Shown piece after piece: positions 37,901 through 50,829 of a stretch of DNA of 64,000 bases (its first letter is position 1; every line of letters begins with the position of its first letter). The DNA comes from Toensbergia leucococca (Eukaryota): assembly GCA_022813965.1 (NCBI GenBank), contig JALDZS010000084.1, positions 1 through 64,000 of the forward strand. The letters are read 5' to 3'. Below the pieces are notes generated by a model, which saw only the letters and a program-made list of their open reading frames with translations, searched no databases and was not told the origin of the DNA. The translations under genes were made by a program, and so were the position numbers.

Positions 37901-39067
37901 TTACCCCATCACGTCCCTCCATCCCTCCCAGGTCCCCATTCCCTCGCTCCCCCCATCCCTCCACCCCCATACAACACAATAATGCCCAGCCAACAACCTC
38001 CACTCCTCAACTTCATCCACCATCTCCAACGCCCCCACTCTCTCCTTTTCCTCCCCTAGCACTCCAGTCTCCCACAAAAAATCGACATCCGCTGCCCCTC
38101 TTCCACTCACAAACCCATGTCCCCTCAACCTTTCTCTCTGCGCGTTCAGGGACCCGAATTTCCTCAAAGTTTGTAGAATTATCCCCCGAGCGGCGAGATT
38201 CGAGACCATGACTTTCCCGAAGGCATCGAAGGGATTGATTGGTTCGTAGAGGATGAGGCCGAGGGGGGTCGACGGGGGAAAGAGTTGCTTTGCGAAGTAA
38301 TTGACTACTGCGTCAGCAGCGGTGGGCGACAGGTAGATGAGGCAGCATTCGGAGATGAGGAGGGTAGGGAGGCAAGGGTCGATGTGGGGAAGAAGAGAAG
38401 GCGCAGGGAGGGCGGGGTCTGGGGGATAAAGGGTTCGGAGGTCGAGAGGGTGGATGTGGTAGTTCGGTGACGTGAGAGCGTCGGCGGAACTGGAAATGGT
38501 AATGGGTGAAGGGATCAGTCGATTGATGGTTTGGGAGTTCGTGATGATGGAGATTTTCTGGTGGGTATTGGCTGGGAAGTCGAGTTCGTGGTAGATGAGC
38601 AAGGGCTTGGGAGCTCTGGCCATGAGCCGGAAGTAGCGGGTATCTGAGCCTGCTCCTAGAGAAATGATTTGCTTTCGGGTCGTTGGGTCTGCGGAGAGAA
38701 ATCGGTCGACAAGGTTGTCGATGGCTTTAGTTCGGACATATGTGCCTGATATTTCTGTGAGGCATCGCTACCAAAACATTTCTACTGCAAACGAACCTCT
38801 GTTGATTATAGGAAATCTCCTCTGAGGTGCTGCGGCTACGAATCCTCTCGCAAAAGGGTCGTCAAGGTACCCGACCTCGACGGCGCTCAATCTGGACACG
38901 CTGGCATCTTGATCTGTCTGCTGAACGATCTTGTCCTTTGTGGAAGTATCGTTGCTGACGCTTGAGTTTGCTGAGTTTGCATCATCACCACGTCCACGTC
39001 CAAGACCACGGCCTGTGGCTCGTGGGTTGCGGAATGTGTTGAGATTGGGGATTTGCGATGTTGCCAT
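37901..39067 (-). CDS. PPM1: Leucine carboxyl methyltransferase 1 (PP2A methyltransferase)
   Basis: [73 protein letters not shown]. Confidence 0.93.
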
Positions 39068-39844
39068 TGTTGTGTAGCACATAGAGGGGGAAACATGCCA
39101 TGTCGACGTCGCGGACACAGTGGTCCTGTGTTGGCGAATTTTTTTCACGAATAGTATTTCGTGGTCAGAATCAATGATACGTGATGAAGGCTCAAATAGG
39201 TAATTTTGGCAGTTGACTACGGATACACATCGTATGAATACTAGGGTTAGGGCTTCCGTACCCTAAGACCAAATTGAGACTCAACCATCCGGCAATGTTG
39301 ACATGACAATGCCTTGGAGAACACATCTAATGACGCTTCGCCATTACCGGATGTCGTAATTGCAGGGGACGGAGAGTCTTAATCTGGCTCCTGGCTTCGG
39401 ACTCAGTATCCCTTTTCACCATGTTCTATGACAGATCCAATGATTTTTGCTATCCCACTGTTCAACGTGTGGTAATTGATAACCTGCATGGCTGAATCTG
39501 TGGGGACCGTTAATGAACATCGCGTCGACGAAAAAATACTTGGGAAGGAAAGGTCTCTACAGAGATGCTAAATGTTCGTGCAAAGACTCGAGTTTCAGCG
39601 AAGGAGTGTAGGTGACAAGACCTTCTTTATTCTTGTCGACTCATACAGTGTCAGCCCCATAATGCCCGAAGAGTCCTGAACGGGACTTCATTGTCCTTTG
39701 TCTGTCACTATATATACTCGTATGCTGATGTTGTCGGCCTCGTTCCGGCGGTAAGTACTGTCATTGGTCCCTTCTGTAGACAAAAATGCATCCTACTGTT
39801 CGGGGCGGGAAAGGGAATGAAAAGGAGTGCAACCTTGTAAATCA

Positions 39845-42800
39845 TCAATGATTCTTTTCCTTCCCACTATCATTTGTCGCTCTCTTCCGTAGACCAGCAT
39901 CGGTTTTTCGACTCTGGATTCTCCTCAAGCTAACAGGTACATCTGTTTGAATGTCGGTGTCATTACTTAATGTACCGCGATGCCGTCCGGTCAAACCAAG
40001 AATCCTTGGCTTCTCTGCATAGCTATCTTTGGTATGTAGTCCCGTCGGAGCAGCTTCCACTTCCTTTTCACTAATTCTATCCACATACTCGCGATATGTA
40101 GGTCGTGTTAGAAGTCCACTTCGAAATTCGTTTGCTCCCACAAGTAACTTAGTCAACTCAATTAGCTCTTCGAGGAATTCGATTATCTCGGCCCGCGCTG
40201 CGGATGCAGCATTCCAGGACATATATTTGCGGCGTACCGCACGTTGACGATTTAGCTTACTGATCTCTTGTTGATCGCTATCTTTCTCTACAGTGGCCTG
40301 CATAACTTCCCTCACTCTATTGATTATGCGTAAATGTGCTAATCTTGCAGACGGAAGAAATTGCGGAAGAGGCAGCTTGGTTATAAGAGCTTCGTGTATA
40401 GCGAATAGAGTTAAAGTGATAGAACCAGCGACGTTGCGGCGGTATGGATATATTTGCGCCTGGTAGAACTCTTAGCCGCGCAAAATTGAATGAGTTAAGA
40501 CGTAGCCCACATTAAACTCTTCTAGAGGCCCAGAGCCATACGCAGTCCGTAGCTGAAGCATATTGTCCATCCTGTCAACTATCTCATGAAGCACGAACAA
40601 GATCTATTATGCTTCAGCGGAAATCATGGCAATTTCTCATGTAAGCCAAACCTACCTCGCCATATATAATCGCAAGACCTTCAAATGAGCCCTTGATCCT
40701 TGGTTCCTTACTGCAGAATGGAACTATAGCTTGTTAGACATTGTTCATGTAAGCTATTCCGAAATTTGGGACATTAGAGGCAACGAACGAAAGGTTTCCG
40801 CAGCACCCAGGGCGCCATTGGCCTTTCCGCTGGCTTCTTCAAATCGGAGCAGGACCTCAGGAGCGTAAACGTCAAGATTGATGCCTTCCTCGATCCCAAA
40901 GGCAATGCAGCTTTCCATTTCGTTGATTTTCCGAAGTGCAGATGCGAGCGACTCCACCAGTCTTGTGCGGGCCTTCACAGGCATTATGACGACCTCGACA
41001 GCGAGGGCAACAGCTGCACCTATCATGAAGGAAATGTAGCGCTTTAAATAATTTTCTACCGGCGTTCCTGAAAGACTGATCAATATCACACTGATATTGA
41101 GGGACTCTGGGACGTACCAGGAACGGATCCTAACTCTGTCGAAAGAGCAACAACACACATGCTGACTATACTGACCATTCCGGCTTTTGGATATGGTGTA
41201 CCCAGTTGAACATAGGCTGATGGAATGATGCCAAGACAAATCATGACGGCGACAACGTATGGATTTTCGTTGCGGGCTACAAGAGTCACTAAGCCCCATA
41301 TACATCTATGAGGCCCATTAATGTGATCCGACATGTCTCTCAAGACTATACATGTGCTTACCCTAGCGTAGTGCCGATTGCACGAACAATGAAAGTCATG
41401 ACAGACGTACCGATGGCTGAGAGTAAGGAATGGAGAATGTGAGTAGAGGGAAACTCAGGAGAGAAAGTAGAGGAACACACCTACTTCAGTGATAAGACCC
41501 ACTTGGATCGCTGCCCATACTGTGCTCCGCAGTCAGTAAGAGTAGGCTCAGGGATTCACTCCTCAATATGCTTTGGGACTTACAGCCACGGTTCAGCGAG
41601 TACCAAGTGTTCCAATTCGTCACGAATGCAGGCCAAGCCACAAGGAAGATAGCGATAGTAAACTTGAAAGCGTACAAAGTATCATCGGAAGTCTGTAGCC
41701 ACTCCAATGTGTCTGCCAATTGACCTCGAAGGCGTAGAGTCGGCGAAATGGCCACCGTGGGGATTTCCTTTCCTTTAATTTGCTCTTTTAATGGACTAGG
41801 GGGCGATGTTTGTTTGGAATGTGCTTGTCTTTTAACCACGCCGGCGTCTTTTTCAACATCTCTTTTTGCCTTGGATGGGAGTAGGCTCTCGTTGCTATCT
41901 GACGTATGTGAACCGATCCCTTCATCTGCATCAATGTCCGAATTGCCCTGCCTAACGCTCTTGCGCCCAATGGAAGGTAGAGCTTCATCCTCTCCATCTC
42001 CCGTGTCAAGCCATTTCGCCCAATTGATCCGCGGCGCGTACAACCGCTTTCGACCATGTCTCTGCTCACGTCGCTCAACTAGGTACCGTGAATGTTTGAG
42101 CATCTCCAGGATGTGGGAACTATGACAATCAGTTTAGGACGCATTCAAAAAGTCGATTGAAGATAGATTTACGCTGCTTGTCTGAGGTTGAGAAGAAACG
42201 ATGATATCAGGAAAATCTCCTCTCTAGGCATAATGTCCGGTTCTTCGCTCTGTAATTCTTGCAGAGCAGCTGCACCTTCGAGCGCCGCGACCGTCTCGTC
42301 ATCAAAATCTATGAGTGCTTGCTCCAGATGTTCAACATACAGGTCAATTTCTTCCAGAATTATGCCCTTGGGTACATTTGCTCCTGACGGAAGTTTGGGA
42401 ACATCCTAAGAATTCTCAGCTCATCAGAAAGAGATGAAGACTTCGATGTGGAAACGTACATAAACGTAAGCAATGCAGGCGCTCACAACATCGACAGTGC
42501 GGCCCATGATCGCCTGCAAATTTTGATACGGGTTTACGACCTGTCTCAGGAGATATTGTAATAACTGTACGTCACCAAATTCTATTTCGCGCCTTGGCTT
42601 GATCAAATCAAGCTCTGCTCGATCTTGATTCCTCAGCTTATTCTTCCTTTTCTTCTTTCGTTCTTTCTTCGACGTTTTTGAAGGTTCAGCGCCACTTGAC
42701 TCTTCATCCGAAGACGGCGTTGCGGGTCTTGATAAGTTCTCTTGGATGCCCGGATTAACATTACCATCTTTGTTCAAATCATGGCTTTTCTCCAGTTCTT

Positions 42801-44062
42801 CTGACTTCTCAGTAGTCGGATCGGCCTCCTCCGACTTCATAGGACCGAGAAGCGCGTACTTAGTCTCGCAAGCACCTACAATCGCGATCGCATTGGCCAC
42901 TAACTTTTTCATAGCTTGGTTGCTGATAGGTTTCATGATCCTCAGGGGCAAGACAGAGAAGGCAATCTCGAAATTGCACTCCCTCTAGTTTCAAATCTTG
43001 TCAGCAGCACTGTCTTAGCTGATTGAGACAAGATTATATTCAAATTACCTGAGCTGCCTTGCATTTCGATAATTGTATACGAAGCTTGCCCTTGGAAGTT
43101 GTCAGATCAGTCAAAGACACTGATTCATCAACCTCCCGTATCTCATGTTTCGTAGGACTAATAGTCCTTAAAACAAACAGGTTCTTAATACGCCTTGTCA
43201 AAGAGATGAAGACGTTTGACACCGCAGAGGTTTGAGTCTTCACCTGATTCTCCTCAATCGAAGGCGCGTTATCAGCATTGTTAGGGCTCGCGGGATCCCC
43301 TTCACCAGTGTCTCCTGCGGGATCAGTTGCTAGAGTAAAGTAATAACCTGCGTTTTCCAAAGCATGGGCGGTATCATTAAGTGTGTCTATGGTCATTTGG
43401 CCAAGGAAACTAGAACTGAACTCAGGAAATATAAAGAGGTTGACTAACAACAGAATGCCAGCAGCCATAAGGATTGGATACAGTATCTGAGTCACGCTAA
43501 TGGACGTCACATGCGTCGTGGTCGAGGTCAAAGAAACAATAGACACAATCATCAACAGTACAAGGAAAATCCAAAGTCTTGGAGTACGCGATCGTAGGAA
43601 AGCATGGAAGATCATTGCCACGGCAAGGAAAAACCCCTTAATGGCATAGGCGCCCGGAGGATTGGCCTTGTACACTAGAGAGCCCAAGTAAATTCCTAAG
43701 AGGGACCATGCCAGGCCCAAGACGGTACCAGATAGCAGAAGAATCAGAGCTTCCGCCATCATACCGAAGCGCCTGCCGGGATGGCCAAAGACGGTAGTGA
43801 TTGCAGAGAGATATGCTGCCCTTCCAACTGCTTTCTGCACTGCTGGAACAAGGCATATGCTGACTAGATGAGCACAAACATGAGTTTCAAAGTTTTCGAA
43901 TGTAACATTAGCAGGCTTCCTACCAGCTATCGTTGTAGCTATCACGTTCTTTAAGATCCTCTTCCACAGGTTGTTCTTGCCTAGGTTGTCATGTATCTCT
44001 AGAATGCATTTCACTCCATACTTGTAGGCTTCCCGTAGAAAGGAAGCGGTGTTTACCATCAT
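39845..44062 (-). CDS. FUSC/ArAE (ALMT-like) multi-pass membrane transporter, multi-exon
   Basis: N-terminal TM bundle (FGHPGRRFGMMAE), second TM bundle (YAFKFTIAIFLVAWPAF...W...RG.WA), EPRIKGSF motif, cytosolic tail. Confidence 0.8.
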
Positions 44063-44323
44063 GGAATAGGTATCCGACGCAGCATGTCGTTTTGACGTTG
44101 ACTTAGTCAAGTCTATCACGAAAAACGGGTTGGAGATTCATGAACGGGAGTTTATCTTATATCTACTGGTACTCGTACGGATAAATAGGGACTCCGTATC
44201 CGTATCCATACTGGACAAAGATCTCTAAACACTAGCGCTTCCTCTCTGCCCTCTCGCCCTGCATCATGCTGGAGCCGTTGAACTTCGAAACTCTTTCAAG
44301 CACCTTCTCCGAGCCTCTACGCC

Positions 44324-45345
44324 ATGGCACCCTCATCGACTGTTGTGGCATGTGCTTTGCAGCTCTCCCGATTGTGTCAACACTGACTCTCTAGTAGGCG
44401 AAGATCAAGGTGCAGCTGAAGCTGTCGATCAGCAGGCTACGAATGGTCCAACAAAAAGACACCGCCATAGCCAAACAGCAACGGCGGGCAATGGCACAGC
44501 TCCTCGAAGTATTCTTTCAAAGATTGTAACATGAGTCTTGGATGACTGACAAATACCGCCAACAGCAAGGCAAAGAAGAATCTGCCCGCATTCGCGTAGA
44601 GAACATTATTCGTTCCGACATTACCACCGAGCTTCTTGAAATCCTTGAACTCTATTGTGAGCTTCTTCTCGCTAGGACAGGCTTACTCGAAGCCAAGGAA
44701 TGCGATCTTGGGCTCGAAGAAGCCGTGAAGTCAATCATCTACGCCGCCCCACGCACAGACATTAAAGAGCTTCAGCAAGCTAGACAACTACTAGTGGAGA
44801 AGTATGGCAAGGAGTTTGCCCTACAGGCCATCGAAAACACCGATGGTAAAGTTGCCGATAGGGTAGTGAAAAAGCTCAGGGTAGAGCCGCCGGACCCGGA
44901 GCTGGTAACATTATACTTGGAGGAGATTGCGAAGACTTATGGAGTAGCATGGCCCAAGAGAGCTCATATCGAAGACGGAGAGAATGAAGAAGATGATGAT
45001 GACCAAGACCCAAGTGGTGGACAAGCGTTGAAGTCTTTAGAAGAGCCCTTGTCAACGGTTGAATTAAGCAAAGCCACGCCGCCGCGAGATCTTGGACCAA
45101 AATCTCCAGTCAGCATAGCTCCGCCCAGCCCAAGTACCGATAATATAAGCCCAAGACTCAGGTTACCAGGGCCACCAGAGCTGAAACCAACTGCAAAAAT
45201 GAGTGGTTTGAAAAAGCAGATCTCGGGCAAGTCAGGAAATGGCCCAGCTACTAATGGTGATACAGGGGCTAAGAGGGACATTGTGGGAGGAAAGATCCCG
45301 GATGTGGATGAGCTGGCGAAACGATTTGCAGCATTAAAGAAGTGA
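44324..45345 (+). CDS. IST1: ESCRT-III-associated Vps4 regulator Ist1
   Basis: KIKVQLKLSISRLRMVQQK, ARIRVENIIRSD, LELYCELLLAR, C-terminal MIM DELAKRFAALKK. Confidence 0.93.
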
Positions 45346-47569
45346 GGACGGCACTGACTGAACGAGGCTAATGACTATAAATCGAGAAGACCGATATTGT
45401 CAAAACACGACACTACTCGGCAAAGAGTATTTGCGGTATCAGTAGCTGAAAGCCCCTGGTCTGACTTCTAGTTGAACTGATTGCCAAGGCAGTTAGTCTT
45501 GTGTGTAGCCTCTCTTACCGGACTATCATCGAATCAAATATTTTTGACTTCACAGCTGATCATATCCTATTCTAAGCTCATGAATGGGTCTAGGGAGCAA
45601 ACATTTCAACATTGAGCTCGTGTCTCATACTCCACTATTACATTGATCATGTACAAGAGAAATTGTCTTAGCCTACATGTTTTGCCGAACCATGGACATC
45701 CCCCGTGTCCCTGGGCGTAATTTCCCACGAAACCTCTTTCCCGAGTGATGCCTTATTAAAAGTTACAAAAAGAGAAGAGATCCCGCCCTTCAGACAAGAG
45801 CTAATACCCCTTAGGCAGACCTTTTGTCAAAAGCATGTGTATCCAACGGATTTGTCTTCATAGCCTCACGACTCTATCATAAGCAAATTCATACCACGAA
45901 TCAAGACCCTCAATGAGAACACATTTTTGTGATTGCTGCTCTCCTTTGAAGGTGATGTAGACTTAGCAAAGTTGATTGAATACATACTGCCTGATACTGT
46001 ACAACTTGTGTTCATTGTAGTGCAACGAGAATAGTGTGCGTGAAATCCCTAAAAAGTTGGACTGCGAGAGTGTTAAAGTTGGGATGCTACTAGAGCAGAA
46101 GCCTGCGAAGATAGCCAGCAAAACATCTCAACCTCAATGAATATCCTTGATTTGAGGTTATAAAAGGATAAGCATTATGGTAGTTGTAAGTGGCATTGAC
46201 TGAAAAGTCTTCTGCACCACTATTTCTGATATAGCCAAGCAACATGGACAGAAAATGTAGTATATCGGAGGTCACTGCAAAGTGCTTGCAGAACATCTCA
46301 GGTGCTTAGATATCTTCACTTCATATTTGAGACAATAGAAATGAAAACGACAACTACTATCAGCCAGAACCGTATCAAGATACGAACCCTTACGGGTTTG
46401 TGAACGATAATGTTTACCGCCCTTCCCTTCTTCTTCTCCTTCTTCTCCTTCTTCTTCATTCCTCTGCAACACATTTTCATAGCTCACTGTTCAGTCATTC
46501 TTTCAGACTTGACAAGTGCCCTTGATCATCTGAGGCAAACTCTAGTCAAGAAGAACACAGAACTTCAATCACAAAAACTATCTACCTTTTCGGTCGAAGT
46601 GAGTTTCCTTCGATTTAAGTTAACCACCCTAAATCGAGAGGGTATGTTCTTTTGTTGGATGGTTGTGAGCAGGCCAAAGCTGACTCTTCTTTGGAGACTA
46701 TCCTAATGGAAACCCATCCTATTGAACTCATGGCTTTGGCTCGTGCCATTGACTGGACCAAGCTGGACAAGGAGATAGCAGCGATGGGTAACGCAGCTCA
46801 GACTTCTTTCACCATAATCTTGCCAATGAAGACTGAAACCCAAGGCCAACAAGAGCACAAAAGCAAGTGCGCACATAAAAACATAAATGAGACTCCTCTT
46901 CAACCTGTCTCTGACAATGGTGAAGAAGAGTATTTCAGGAAAAAGCTGAGAGCAGAAAGCAGTGTAGTTGTTGTGTAAGAGAATAGAGAGATTGTGAAAG
47001 TGGAAGACATTACGAAAGGGGAAGAGGTTGGAGTTGGTGTCAATACTTAAGCGATAAGGCGAAGTTGTGTTTTTCTAACTGGCAGGGGAGGGGGGCCATG
47101 GGGGGGGGAATGCAGGCTGGCTCGGCTGGCAGAGTGGCAGGAAGCGTGAGCCAGGAACCCTCGAACGATCTGCAACTAGCGCATGTTTTCAATTGAAGGC
47201 TGACTTCAACAGTTCCTAAAGAAGAAGTAACAGCTTCTTATTCTTATTGACTGAGTCGGCGCTTTCTCCCGCCTGCTACACATGTACGTCTGATCCATGT
47301 TACTGGGCTGAATGCATGTAGGCCTGCGAATTGGCGGCATACTGAATGTCACGTCAAAGCCTACATGCTCCCAGTACTTGCATGCCGTCATCCCATCATT
47401 GCGCTCGATAAGGCTGTACTTGACCCACCGGTCATTCACAAATTTCCTTAGACCTGCAGTCACTCAACGCCCTCTCTCTCACTATACTTCAAGCCTTCTC
47501 AGCCGGTGCTCTTTCACCAGACCACTTTACAGGCCTGAAGTATCCCGAACTTTCACAAACCACCAAAGC

Positions 47570-50500
47570 ATGGAACGGAATGGTGACATGCGGAATAAGC
47601 GCAAGACCAGTCCTATAGTCACCATTGATCGCCCAGCCAAACATATCAAGGCCGGTATCTCCGAATTGGATGGAGGCGACGAGACACCTGATCATGCACC
47701 CCTGTATAGCATAGAGAGCGACGGAGAAGACGCTCGTCTCCTGCCTCCAGCAGCTGCCACCGCAGACACCGCCGAATGGCAGGCAACAATTGAAAAAGTT
47801 GTTCGCAATGTGGTCTCGATACACTTCTGTCAGACATGCTCCTTTGATACTGATCCGGCCATGTCTAGCGAGGCTACAGGTTTTGTTGTTGATGCAGAAA
47901 GGGGATACATTTTAACAAATCGTGTAAGTGGTAGGAGAGTCTTAATTCAGTGCTTGTTTCTCTGATGTTTCGCCACAGCATGTCGTTTGCGCAGGTCCTT
48001 TCTGGGGTTACTGTATTTTTGACAACCACGAGGAAGTAAGTTAAAGTCACGTTCCATCCCCCAACAAACCTTTATGAGGGGCTGATTATCTAACAGTGTG
48101 ATGTTTATCCCGTCTACCGCGATCCTGTACACGACTTCGGTATCCTCCGCTTCGACCCTAAAGCTATAAAATACATGCCCTTAGCAGCCTTGGTCTTACG
48201 ACCAGACCTTGCGCGTGTGGGATCGGAGATTAGAGTAGTAGGTAATGACGCTGGAGAGAAGCTAAGCATATTGTCCGGCGTGATAAGCAGATTAGATAGG
48301 AACGCTCCAGAATATGGCGAGGGTTACAGTGATTTTAACACCAATTATATTCAGGCTGCAGCGGCAGCTAGCGGAGGGAGCTCCGGAAGCCCGGTGGTCA
48401 ACATCGATGGATATGCAGTCGCCCTTCAAGCTGGCGGTAGAGGCGACGGCGCTGCAACAGACTATTTTTTACCACTAGATCGACCTCTACGAGCTCTGGA
48501 ATGTATACGAAATGGGAGACCGATATTACGGGGGACGGTTCAGACGCAATGGATCATCAAGCCTTTTGATGAATGCCGAAGACTAGGCCTGACCCCGGAG
48601 TGGGAAGCTGCAATCAGGAAAGGGTTTCCGAAGGAGACTGGCATGTTAGTTGCAGAGATAGTGCTTCCTGAAGGACCAGCATATCAAAAGCTTGAAGAGG
48701 GCGATGTCCTGATTAAAGTCAACGGCGAACTCCTGACCCAATTTATCCGACTAGATTCCATACTTGATTCTCACGTCGACAAAATGGTCACAGTTCTAGT
48801 TCAAAGAGGAGGTAGCGATGTTGAGGTCCAACTCGACGTGGGAGATCTTCACGCCATAACACCTGATAGATTTGTTACCGTCGCTGGAGGATCGTTTCAC
48901 AATCTCTCGTACCAGCAAGCTCGCCTTTATGCCATCCCAGTAAAAGGAGTATTCGTTTGTGAAGCGGCAGGATCATTTAGGTTCGAGAATACGGAGTCAG
49001 GATGGCTTCTGGAATCTATCAACCAAAGGAAGACTCCGGATTTGAATACTTTTATCGAGGTAATGAAAGAGATCCCTGATAAGGCAAGGGTAGTCGTGAC
49101 TTACAAGCATCTGAGAGACTTACACACGTTGAATACCAGCATCATTAATGTAGATCGACATTGGACTAGCAAAATGAGAATCGCTGTCCGAAACGACACA
49201 ACAGGGAAGTGGGATTTCAGTGACATTGCAGATGCTTTACCAGCAGCTCCTCCAGTTCCAGGCAGAGCAGATTTCGTTCGGCTTGATAGCGTTGGCAATC
49301 CCGCAGCTGCTGATGTTATAAGGAGTTTCGTACGTATATCATGCACAATGCCCGTCAAGCTTGATGGTTTCCCAAGAGCTCGAAAGATTGGATTTGGGTT
49401 GGTGATCAACGCCGAGAAAGGCCTGGTCGTGATATCTAGGGCCATCGTACCCTACGATCTATGTGATCTGACCGTTACTGTCGCCGATTCGATTATTGTC
49501 GAGGCTAAAGTCCGCTTCATGCATCCCTTGGCCAATTATGCTGTGGTACAGTATGATCCGTCCTTAGTCCAAGCCCCTGTACAAAGTGCGAAGCTGGCGA
49601 CAGATCCAATCAAGCAAGGTGCCTCGACAATATTTCTTGGCTTCAACCAGAACCTAAGGTGCGTTGTTGCTCAGACTACTGTCACGGATATCACGACCGT
49701 CTCCATCCCTTCAAACGCCGCTGCCCCCAGATACAGAGCCATCAACTTGGATGCTATCACCGTCGATACAGGTCTCAGTGGCCAATGCGGCAACGGCGTG
49801 CTCGTAGCTGAGGATGGTACGGTGCAAGCCTTGTGGCTCACCTACCTGGGCGAACGTTCTCACGGTACTAGCAAAGATGTAGAATATCATCTTGGCCTAG
49901 CGACTCCGACATTGCTTCCTATTTTGAATCAAATACAGCAAAGCCTGGTTCCGCAACTTAGGATACTCAACGTTGAGACACACACCATTCAGATGAGCCA
50001 AGTTCGCATTATGGGTGTCTCAGAAACGTGGATTACTAAAGTTGCCGTCGCCAATCCCTCACGTCATCAGCTTTTCATGGTCCGTAAAATCAACTGTGCG
50101 CCTCCAACAGGCTACGATCCCCAGTGTCTGCAGGAGGGCGATATCATTCTCACGTTGAATGGTAAGCTGATTACACGGGTATCCGAGCTTGACATCATGT
50201 ACGATAACGAGTTTTTGGATGCACTTGTGGTGAGAGGTGGACAGGAGATAACCCTCAAGGTTCCCACGATTCCTACCGAAGACCTCGAAACCGATAGAGC
50301 CGTCATCTTCTGTGGGGCCATATTGCATAGACCTCATCATGCAGTCAGACAGCAAATTAGCAAGTTGCATAGTGAGGTCTATGTATCTGCAAGAGTGAGC
50401 TAACCCTATTGAGAGAGACTCCACGAGAGCTTTAATACATAGAGAAACTGACCCCTTACATAGACCCGTGGTTCCCCCTCCTACCAATACGGTCTCGCGC

Positions 50501-50829
50501 CAACAAACTTCATCACCGCCGTCAATGACATCAAAACCCCCACCCTCAGCACCTTCATCACCGAAGTCAACAAAATTCCTGACAACACGTATTTCCGCCT
50601 CCGTGTCGTGACCTTTGACAACGTGCCCTGGGTGGCGACCATGAAGAAAAACGAGCATTATTTCCCAACGATGGAGTTTTTCAAAGATGAGGAGGGGAAT
50701 AATGGGTGGAAGAGGAGGAGTTGGCAAGGGGGAAGGGAGGGGAGGGAGGGGAGTGGGGCATCAAATCTGACTGCTGAGGCGATGGATGAGGGTGATGGGG
50801 GAGATGAAGGGGGGAACGGGGGTGATTGA
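47570..50829 (+). CDS. NMA111: HtrA-like serine protease Nma111/Ynm3 (in-frame upstream ATG at 47312)
   Basis: [25 protein letters not shown], catalytic [12 protein letters not shown], tandem protease/PDZ architecture, N-terminal basic NLS (RNKRK). Confidence 0.95.

Noticed and set aside
45650..47000. Fragmentary ORFs between IST1 and NMA111
   Set aside because: Look like decayed coding or repeat sequence, but no family could be assigned.
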